Below are positions 14,001-26,000 of a stretch of 64,000 bases of DNA, piece by piece. The stretch is taken from assembly GCF_964355755.1 (NCBI RefSeq), contig NC_092672.1, positions 3,844,001-3,908,000 of the forward strand. Reading direction: 5' to 3'. Position numbers and translations under genes: made by a program. The notes under the pieces are model-generated. The model saw nothing but the letters and a program-made list of their open reading frames with translations. It was not told the origin of the DNA and searched no databases. This stretch comes from Antedon mediterranea (lineage: Eukaryota; Animalia; Echinodermata). Each line of letters opens with the position of its first letter. Within the stretch, counting starts at the first letter, position 1.

Positions 14001-17000
14001 TGTTCACCCTTTTCCCCCTTTACACCATTTGCACCTGGTAACCCAATGAGGCCTTGAGGTCCAGTTGATCCTAATTTACCAGGAATTCCATCTAAGCCAT
14101 TTCTTCCATTATCTCCTTTTATTCCATGTTCTCCTTTCATTCCTTGTTCTCCTTTCATTCCTTGTATTCCATTCATTCCTTGTGGCCCTGATACACCTGG
14201 ATTACCATGATTTCCTGGAATGCCAGGAACCCCAGCAGTACAACAGCTATTACAAGCTTCAAAATCATTTTGTGCTGCTGATTTGGCGACGTGAATGACA
14301 ACAAGATGTACAGCAATTTTAAAAAACATGTTCAACCTTAAATAAATAATTGTTTTCATTCAATTTTACATTTCTAGCAGTATGTTCCATATCTTATATA
14401 ATTTGACCAACCTTTTCATTGCCTAAAGTATCAAAAAAACTTAGATAGATCAGAAAAAGGGTGAAAGAAATCAAGTTATTGAGATATAAATCTTTTATAG
14501 TGCAAAAACTTGAGATCTTAACCTTAAGTTTAATAGTTATGTTTTGACTATAATAGCTATACATTTTATAATGATAATATTTTTTATTATATAGTGTTTA
14601 TTGCACAATGCTTAACATTATTACCCCTGGCATTTTTTTGGATCAAACTTGTATTAAAAAATATTCTCATAATGTATCTAGTAATCAGTTCAAAGTTTTG
14701 TACAAAGGCAAACATTGGTGAAGTTACATACGAGTTTTTGATTCACACTCATGACCTTACGATCAGTAATCCAACATCCTAAACATTTTCTATATTATTA
14801 TTGTGTTTAAGAAAGCAAGACATTTTTATTGTGTATTTAAAAAAATATTAAAAATACACCAAAGCTTACAATTATTACACAGTAAAGTTCGTATCATTTA
14901 CTAGAAATATGCTATCTATCTAAATATCACTTCTAAATATTTGTTATAGACTTGAAATTTACTTACCCAAGATATGTAATAGTTTTCAGTAAACTATAAG
15001 TTGCGCTTTCGTCTGATATTGCAGTAGTAAGGACAATTTTGTGTCTCACTCGTATTTATATGGTTTGCATCCGTTTATTTCAACTTGTTGACGTGTAAAC
15101 TGCATTGCTATGACCATGATTACATTTCTGTATTTTATAGATAACAGGGAATTACTCTTCATTAGGTTGTTGACGTACACAACGAAACAAACAACTATCG
15201 TAGACAGATACAGCGATTTATCAACCGCATCTGTCTACGATAGTCCAAATGATTTCTACTCTTTCCAACACTTAATCTGCCACATCCATTTTATCAACAT
15301 TATGATGGTGCTAAAAACATTAAAAAGTATAATTCTGTATGCACTTAATTTATCACTCGTTAAGTGACCATTCTGTTATAAAAAAAACCCTTTTAAATGG
15401 GACAACTTTGGTTGGTAGGAATCCTTACCAGGTATTGTGTAAAAATTCAAAGTCAAATTTGCATTTTATTTTAAACATGTTAATTTAGAATAAGTTTGTT
15501 AGACCTGTATAATGTCTATTATTTTAAATAAGCAAGTGTTTTTTTTTCCAGCATCTTTAGAATACCGGTACTATGATTGGGATAATTATTATTTCTTTTT
15601 TTCATTCATTCTTTGAAGATAAGTTTTACAGTTTATAAAAAAAAAATTTCAAAATTGTTGATGAACTTGCAAATATGAACACTATTTATTTATTACTACA
15701 TTCATTAAAGAATACTGTGATTTTTAAATAAATCATGAAATTTAATATTATTTTATTTATTTTGTTTACATGTTTATGTTGTGTCATGATTAGATGTCTG
15801 CATTTTAGAAATAATAGATAACCAAGAATTACTCTTAATTGAGAATTGTTCTCAATATTTGTATAAAGTACAAATTACATTAGGTTGTTGCTGACATAGA
15901 ACAACAAAAAACATATCATGGTTCCTTAAAGCTCTGTCTACACTATCAAACTTTATATGATGTGCCCATATATGGACAAGATGATGTCATATCACTACTA
16001 TATTTGGGCATATCACACTTTTTTGTCCAACTAGTTTGATAGTGTAGACAGAGCTTTAATTTGTTACTCGTTGAAAGTTTTTTATTATTGTATCCTGTTG
16101 AGGTTTTGGCAATAAAGCATCTACTCTAACTTTTCATAACTCTTTTTATTATGATAAATCTGTTTCGAGGTACGATAGCAATGGAATTAAAGGAATTTAT
16201 GATTTTGTTTTCCATCAAGTCTACTAATCACTGCTATACAGTAGAATATCTTGAACTTGGATATCTGATGAACTGATGTTTCCACACTTCCACCTCTTTT
16301 GCATTGTCTGCTAAAAACCTCTTTTCGGGAACTCTCTTAAGTTACCAGCTTTTGTTTATTAAAATTCTATTTTAAGAATGTCATTTCCTGAGTCACATAT
16401 ACGACACTTATTAGGCGAGCGCCACCTAACGGTGAGCGATTTTCTTGACAATATAGTCGTCACTCTGAAGAAAGTGCTCATGAAATGAGCACTGAAACTG
16501 TCAGTCAGGTCAGTTATTAATTTTGGCTTGTCAAAATAGAATTTTATAATAACGTATCTTCAAACCAGATGAACATTTTCAATCATTACCAGCTTTTGTA
16601 AATCATCTTTTATTTGAAAACTTCTATAGTGCTACGAATATTTTATTAAAGAATACAAAAATAAGATTGACTTTTATTTATTCACTTTATTTAAAAATAG
16701 AAAACACAATAACAAACAAAATGGAAAGAAGTTGTTTCACGGTTCACATGACTTCAAAATGTGATTCGTATTGAATCAAACTACTTATGTATTATTTGTA
16801 TTATTATGTATTTAAACTATGTAGTTATTTCAAATATTTTCAAATTAAACAAATTTCAGTACATCACAAAATAGTTTAATTAAATTGATAAATTTATTTT
16901 AATTTCTAAACAAACAATTCTAACAGACATGGCAATTCTATTTTAGTCATCATTTTAGCTTTTATTTTAACATAAATTAATTTATGCTGCATAAAGCAAG

Positions 17001-20000
17001 AAGCCTGAGAATGAGCAATGTCCCCAATTAGAACTCCAGTAATAATTAGAGTCTGTATTATATGGCTGAGTCCATACTTCATCACCTGATACTAGATCAA
17101 GAACCACCATTGTGCTTGCAGAATTATACCCATCAGCCTCTGTAATTGTAGCTATTAGAGCAGCCCCATTTTTCATGATTCTTGTTCGAACCTTTGCACC
17201 ACTATCATTATCCTTCCTTGATGTCACCTGGAATACATACACACCTGGAAATTTGCAGACAAACTTGCCTGTTTCTTTGTTGTAATGATTTCCTACATCA
17301 GTAATTATTGTGTTATACTTCATTGGACTAGCGGTGTGACGAACTGGGTTTGATGTAAAAATTGCTGTAAAGGCAGATTTCTTCTGACTAGCTTGTTCAC
17401 CCTTGTCTCCTTTTACACCATTTTCACCTGCTCGCCCAGGAAGGCCATGAGTTCCCTTCTGTCCCTTAAGCCCATCTAAGCCATTACTTCCATTATTTCC
17501 TTTCATTCCTTGTTCTCCTTTCACACCATTTGTACCTGGTAACCCAATAATACCTTGAGGTCCTTTTGGTCCTAATTTACCGGGAATCCCATCTAAGCTA
17601 TTCCTTCCATCATCTCCTTTAATTCCTTGTTCTCCTTTCAGTCCTTTCACTCCATTCATTCCTTGTGGCCCTGACACACCTGGATTACCATGATTTCCTG
17701 GAATGCCAGGAACCCCAGGTGTACAACAGCTATTACAAGCTTCAGTATCAGTTTGAACAGAATGTATCACATGGATGACAACAAGTTGTATGAAAATGTT
17801 GAAATACTTATTAAATCTGAAATACAATAAATTTTCTCATTGAGAATGACATTTACATTACGTGCCAAAACAGCTAAAAGAAAATGACTCCCATCCTTTT
17901 ACTAACTCCATGTATTTGTGGAGTATTTGTGTGAAGAACGAGCAAACAATCAAAATATATAATAGTAAAACCTTTGATTGTCAATATTTAAAGACGGTTT
18001 AAAATACTTGTAAAAGTAATCCTATAAAAAATGCAGAAATAACGCAGATAACATTTTTGAAGTAGATTCAGTTGCAGAAAAATCATTAGGTAGGTTTTGT
18101 TTCAAAGTGAAATTACATTTTTCCTTTATTAAATAGAATTTAATTTTAAATAGAAATGTTTTTCTTGAGATTTTTCTCGCTTTAAATCTTCAGTTATCTG
18201 CTGTTTTTTCCTCTAAATTAATCAGTATTTATATCCTGTTTGATGTTCAGAATGTGGAATCATTTCCCCCATTTTTTCCATTTCCTTGTTTCTATTCCTA
18301 CCTCATGTACAAACGAAATTCACAAGAAGAAAGTAGCTGAGAAATTCTAACAATTTCTAGCAAATTGTAAAGACATAAAATCTTTAAATTTACAGTTACC
18401 AGAACTAGTATGAATAATATACAGGCCTTTATAGTATGAAGATTTACTTACCCAAGATACATTTCTGAATGTCTCTTCTGTTTTAATGTCAGTAAACTAG
18501 ATGTTTCACATTCGTCTGCTTTTACATAAGTAAAGACAATTTTGGTATTACTGATACTTATATGTGTTCTAAGTTTTCTTAGTATTTAAGCAGGATTGTT
18601 TAGGTTTCTGTATTTTAGAGATAATAGATAATCACTCTTTATTAGGTTGTTGACATCTGACCAAACAAACATCTTAAAGTTCCTCATAATTTTCTTTCTC
18701 ATTAACTTTTTTTTCTTACAGCATCTTGCTAATAAACAAGTACTTAACTGTTGATAACGCTTTATTATGCGATAAAAGCGCTTTATCAGCAGCGAGATAG
18801 CTTCTTATGTTACGATAACAATTGAAAAACAGGGACTTTTAATGACATCAAGTCTACTAATCGTCGCTATAACATCTGATATTTAATATCTCATGATTTC
18901 CGCTGTTTTTGCCTCAAGCAAGTACTTTTCAAAAATTTCTTCCATTATGAATAATTCTCTTAAATGACCACCTACTGTATGAACAGTTGAAGGCACTTGT
19001 TTCTGTGTTTTACGTTAAAAGGTATACTTAAAAACAGGGAAAATTTCCTTCAAATTTTCCTAGGTGGTCATTAAAGTTTCTCTTTTTTTCAAAGTATCAT
19101 CGTGTTAAAATAAAACCCTCTTTAATTGGATCTTCATCTGTTCTTATGGATAAACATCAATACAATAATCGATCAATACAAATGTTCAAAGTTTAATTTA
19201 TTCATTTTCAATCAGATATAAAAAAAAACAAAGCAAGCACAATTTACTTTTCCAATTTATATAGGAATATACCATGATACTATTTTAGAAACTAAATCAT
19301 GTAAAGTAGGAACACATACTGTAGCAAATATGGCATTAAATAAGCCAAACTATTTTACATTATTGTTTCATTTTCTACTTGATATGTATTATTTAAACTA
19401 TGAACTATTTTGCATATTTTTCATTTGTAGGTAGGCATAGATGCCAAACACCACTATGGTACCTGTGAATACTGTCCAGATGGGCCTTGCGACTTAAATT
19501 GCAGGGAATGGTGTGTGGTTTTTAAGTCCTCTTTGTTGTTTTATTTGGTTAGCCTATTTCTTGTACAGAGTCTAGATAATATTTAACAATTCAACGCTTA
19601 AAAGTGCTCTGATCTCTACGAAATAGCGCTATGTAAATGTTGCAAATTAATATTATCCAAAAGAAAATTTGCCTTTTAGCTCTTGATACTGCTAATTATA
19701 ATTAATTATCATTTTCTAAACTTTTAGTCATCATTTGAGCCTGCTTTACTTTACAGGATTTATGCTGCATAAAGCAAGAAACCTGAGAATGAACACAATC
19801 CTGTGCTGTCACTGTAGTATTCGTTATAATATGAACTATATGGCTGCGTCCATACTTGATCACCTGATACTAGATTAAGAACAATCATTGTGCTTGCAGA
19901 ATTATTTCCTTCAGCATCCATCTGTATGGACACTTGAATATGCCCATTTTTCATGATTCTTGTTACAAATTGACCGTTATTGGTTTTCCTTGACGTGACT

Positions 20001-23000
20001 TGGAATACATAAACACCTGGAATTGCACAGACAAACTTGCCTGTGTTTTTATTGTAATGATTTCCAACATTTGTAAATATTGTGTCATATTTTAATGGAC
20101 CAATAGGACGACCTGGGTGTGATTTAAAAACTGCTGTAAAGGCAGATTTCTCCTGACTAGTAGCATTAGCTTGTTCACCTTTTTCTCCTTTTACACCTGG
20201 TTTTCCACGAGTTCCCTTTTGTCCAAATTTACCGTGATTCCCATCTAAGCCATTCCTTCCATTATCTCCTTTTATTCCTTTTTCTCCTTTTACACCTTTT
20301 GCACCTGGTAGTCCAATGAGGCCTTGAGGTCCTTTTGGTCCTAATTTACCAGGAATTCCATCAAAGCCATTCCTTCCATTATCTCCTTTCATGCCATGCT
20401 CTCCGTTTATTCCTTGTTCTCCTTTTATTCCTTGTTCTCCTTTTATTCCTTGTTCTCCATTTACTCCTTGTGCCCCTGACAAACCTGGATTACCATGATT
20501 TCCTGGAATGCCAGGAACCCCAGGTGTACAACAGCTATTACAAGCCTCAGAATTAGTTTGAACCGAATTTATCACATGGATGACAGCAAGTTGTATGAAA
20601 ATGGTGAAACACCTGTTAAATCTGAAATAAAATAATTCAATAAATTGTTCAGTCTTTTCATTTTGGGAATGACATTTCACTACATTAACAACCAAAATAA
20701 CTTTAAAATGGAATGCCAGGAACCCCAAAAGAACAAAACATCTAAAATGTCCGAAACTAAGTTACCAAAAAAAAGTAAAAGCCTGGTTATGGAGAACATC
20801 CTCGCCAGTACACAAACTAGAGGTCTTGTAAAATTCACCCTGGTAGATTTAATCATAAATCCATGGTCCAATTATCTCCAATTGTGTCTTATTTATTTTT
20901 ACCGACAATCAAAAACAAAGAAATTCTAACAGAAACACAAAATGAAAAGAAACCAAGGCTTACAAAATTGACACTAGCACTAGTTTGTATACAAACATAT
21001 CATTCCTAAATATTTATTGTATAGTATGAAAATGTACTTACCCAAGATACATAATTATTTTCTTGTGTATTTTCAGTTGATATCAGTAAACTAGATGTTT
21101 CACTTTTGTCTGCTGCTACATGAGTAAACACAATTTTGTTTTTCACTCATATTTATGTGGTCCTCGTCCGTTTTGTAAACTGTTTTTCTCATTTAAACAG
21201 CCGTGCTAAATTTCATGTCATGATTAGTTTTCTGTATTTCAGAGATAATATATAATCACTCTTTATTAGTAGGTTGTTGACGTTGCGGTTAAAGTTTTTA
21301 ACCCACAATTGATTACTGTTATTGTACGATAAATCACTCTACCAGCAAGGGGACTAGTTTTTTGTGATACAATAACAATAAAAAACAATGAAGTTACTTT
21401 TTAATAATCAGTTTACTTATTAGTGTAACATCTGCTCTTTAATATCTGATGATTTCCGTTGTTTCCGCTCCTTTGTGTTTTCATGTGCTATTTATTTTTT
21501 ATTTATGTTACAAAATTTTGAAGCTTTGATCAGGTCAAGGATTTCAATATACACAATCAGTTATGTTATCCTCTTGGAATTAACACAGAGGAAGGACATT
21601 TTTTTCTCTGTTTTATCGGAACAAGTTACCTTTAAAAGAATCGTATACCACAGCACCATCTTCTTTTTTAAACAAAATTATTTATTTTATGTATTTATTG
21701 AACCCTCTTTATGACAAATTTAAAAATACTTTTTATTGGAACACTTCAATATCTGATGATTTCCACACCCTTAAACCCCTGTCAATGTTGAGTTGCGACG
21801 AGTTGTGTTGAGCTACGCAACAAGATTTAACAATTTAACTACTGTAGGAACATTTGAAGGCACTTGTTTCTGTGTTTTACGGTAAAAGGTACACTTAAAA
21901 ACAGGAAAAAGTTCCTTCCAATTTTCCTAGGTGGTCATTTAAGTTTTCTTTTTTCATCAAACCTCTTTAATTGGATCTTCATCTGTTCTTATGGATAAAT
22001 ATCAATACAATAATCAATACAATAATCAATACAATAATCAATACAATAATCAATACAATAATCAATACAATAATCAATACAATAATCAATACAATAATCA
22101 ATACAATAATCAATACAATAATCAATACAATAATCAATACAATAATCAATACAATAATCAATACAATAATCAATACAATAATCAATACAATAATCGATCA
22201 ATACAAATTTAAAGCATTTTATATCTCCAAAGAAAACAATCAAACACAGTTTATAATTTATTTTCCAATTCATATTAATATAGTTAGTTTAAAGTAAACA
22301 AGGAAAAACAGAATGATAGAAACAAGCCCAAATATTTTGCTTCAATGTATCTTTTTCAATTCAATTCACTGTATATATGTATTTAGTTTAACTAAGGTAC
22401 TGTAGACTTGCATAGTTTGAAAAAAGGGCATTCAGAGAGCGCAAAGAAAATTGAATCACTTGTTTCCATATAGCTATGAAACCATCCTTTAAAATCTTAT
22501 GAAATTCGGGCAATAACTTTTTGAGTAATCCTGCTAACAAATATAGAAAGGAACAAACACACTCCTAAAAGTTAAATTTGCCAGTTAGTTCAGTATATTA
22601 GTATTCACAACAAAGTTTTGATTTTAGAAACAATTTTGATAATTAATTCAATAATCATTTTAGGTTTTACTTTATGCTGCATAAAGCAAGAAACCTGAGA
22701 ATGAGCAATAACCATTGGTATTACTATGGTAATAGTTGTAGGTTGTACTATGTGGCTCAGTCCAAACTTCATCACCTGATATCAGATCAAGAACCACCAT
22801 TGTGCTTGCAGAATTAAACCCTGAAGCATCCATCTCCATGGCTACTTGATTTGTCCCGTTTTTCTTAATTCTTGTTACAATTTTTCCACTCCCAATATCT
22901 TTCATGGATGTCACCTGGAATACATAAACACCTGGAATTACACAGACAAACTTGCCTGTTTCCAGATTGTAGTGATTTCCTACATTGGTGATTATTGTGT

Positions 23001-26000
23001 CGTACTTCATTGGGCTAGTGTCATAACGACCTGGGTTTGATCTAAAAACTGCTGTAAAGGCGGATTTCTTCTGACTAGCTTGTTCGCCTTTTTCTCCTCT
23101 TATTCCAGTTGCACCTGGTGGCCCCATAGGGCCTCGGGCTCCTATTAATCCTGTATTACCAGGAATTCCATCGATTCCATTATCTCCTTTTATTCCTTGT
23201 TCTCCTTTCAATCCTGTTTCTCCTTTCATTCCTTGCTCTCCTCGTATTCCGCGAAGTCCTTGTGATCCTGGAATACCTGGATTACCAGGCTGTCCATGAA
23301 TGCCAGGAACCCCAGCTGTACAACAGTTATTACAAGCTTCTGAATCAGTACAGGTAGCAACTGAACTGATTATTAGGATGGCAGCAAATTGAATGACATG
23401 AGTTATAAAAAACATGTTAAACCTGTTGGGCGAGAATATGAACGAAATAAATCACATAACATCCTTGCCAAAAGTTTAATATCTTTTTTGTGCAAAGCAA
23501 TTCCTAGTTAATTCGGTATAAAATGTTATGGATATTATTTTAGTTCTAGACAGGAGGAGTAAAGTGTGCCTAACTGTGTCCCATTTTATTTCTACCAACA
23601 ACAAATGCAGGTTTAGGAATTCTAACTAATAACAGATACCAAACTTAAAATATTTGCAATAAAGTGACTACTTCTAATAATATATTAATATGTATAACTG
23701 CTAAATTATACAGTATATTTATTATATTATTTATTGTATTTACTTACCCAAGATTCTGAATGGCTTGTATTTTCAGTTGATCAGTAAACTAGAAGTTGCA
23801 CTTTCATCTGCTGATACTTATATATGGTTCACATACATTTTTTCCCCACCTTTTTTAGACACGTAACCAGCATTGTTTAAATTTGATGGCCATGATTAGA
23901 TTTCTGAATTTTAGTGATAATTATTAATAGATAACTGACAAGCATATCTTACAGTTAATACTGTAAGCTATATCTTTATCCGGCTACTATAATATGGCAA
24001 AAAGAAAAATATTAATCTTTTAATTCCATAAAATCTACATGTACTAATCCATGATATTACATCTCAACTTCACTATTTGATGATTTCCACACTTCCCACT
24101 CCCTTAAGCCGAAGATTCAACGATTTATTACATAGTTCTGCTCATTTGAATTTTACAATTGACAGGAAAAGAGTCAAAATCAACACCAAAAAAAACCAAA
24201 TATTGTAACTATTGAACATTAAATCTGACCACTACAGAGTACTTAGATTTTTCTCATTAGCTTTTGTTATAAGGCATTTTACCATTTAAGGGACTTTTCT
24301 TGTTACGCTTTCTGGTAAAGATCAGCTTTTGTAAAAGAAAACCTCTTTCATTGGAAAACTTTGAATAGTACCTGGAACATTTTAATCAAGAATAGATAGA
24401 TACGAAACTATGATCAACGTTCAATTTTATTTTATAATAGGAAACATAATAACAAGCATGATGTAAAGAATCCAAACTTTTTATATAAAATACATAATTG
24501 TTCAAAACTGTATGATTTAACAATTTGATTAGTATTGTGTCTACCATATTTTCTCTAATAAACGCCCCGGGGGAATTGCATTTTTTTCAAAGGGGGGGTG
24601 TTTATTAGAGATAAATTTGAACACCCAAAATTACCTAAACAGGCTGGTTTAAAACGGTTAAAAAGTTTGTTATTTGTTAAAAACAAGTTAATGTGCAAGC
24701 TATATCTAGGCCATATTCCGTTTGCTAGTTATTTGAACAGCAATAAGTAAATAATTACTAGTGGGTACCACTGTGAAATAATACCAATTTAAGGTTCCTA
24801 TATGGACTGGATACACATGAAATTCTATTGAGCACACATTACAATATGGAAAATTCTTAGATGTATGATTTAAAAATGTAATTAGTATTGTATCTATATT
24901 CACTTATTGTGTAGTTACTTCAAATGTTTTTATTTGCCAAAAGAAATTCTTTCAGTATCAAGTCACAAACAAATATTTCACTTAACTATTCATTTTAAAT
25001 TCTAAACAATTCAAACAGATTGGATTTCTATTTTAGTCATCAAATCATAATGATAATGGTTGACTGGGTTCATGTTAAACATAGTGTCTCTAGTGAGTTT
25101 CATAATTTTTAGCATTTCTGTTTTATTTATTTCTATTAACTTTAAATCTATTAAATCCATTTATATAAATTTATCTACTTTTTTTTTCTCCTTTCTATGT
25201 ATAATTGGTTTGTTCCTAATTTATAGTTGTGACTGTAAACAATACTTTCATATGGCCTCATGGAAGAACACATTTTGTTGTGAACGAGCCTCCGTTGTAA
25301 AATAAAGATTTTATTATTATTGTTATTGTTATTGTTAATGTTATTGTTAGTAGTAGTAGTAGTGTAATATTCAGTTTTAGTCGTTCTGTCTTTACAGAAT
25401 TTATTTTATGCTGCATACAGCAAGAAACCAGAGAATGAGCAATATTTATTGCTATTACTATGGTAATAGTTAAAGACAGAACCAGGATGTGGCTCAGTCC
25501 ATACTTGATCACCTGATATCAAATCAAGAACCACCATTGTGCTTGCAGAATTATGCCCATCAGCAGTCACCCATGTGGATACTTGAGGGCTCCCATTTTT
25601 CATGATTCTAGTTGCAATTTGACCACCACCACTTGATTTCATTGAGGTCACCTGGAATACATAAACACCTGGAATTGCACAGACAAATTTGCCTGTACCT
25701 CTGTTGTAGTGATTTCCTACATTTGTAATTATTGTGTCAAACTTCAATGGACCTGTAGCACGACCTGGAGATGATACAAAAGCTGCTGTGAAAGCAGATT
25801 TCTTCTGACTAGCCTGCGCACCCTTTTTCCCTTTTACACCATTTGCACCTGGTAGTCCAATGAGGCCTTGAGGTCCTTTTGGTCCTAATTTACCAGGAAT
25901 CCCATCTGAGCCATTCCTTCCATTATCTCCTTTCATGCCATGCTCTCCATCTATTCCTTGTTCTCCTTTCACTCCCTTTTCTCTTTTCAGTCCTTGTGGC

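Noticed and set aside
21971-22297. ORFs with IINT/QYNN/DYCI repeats
   Set aside because: Translations of the 12-bp tandem repeat.
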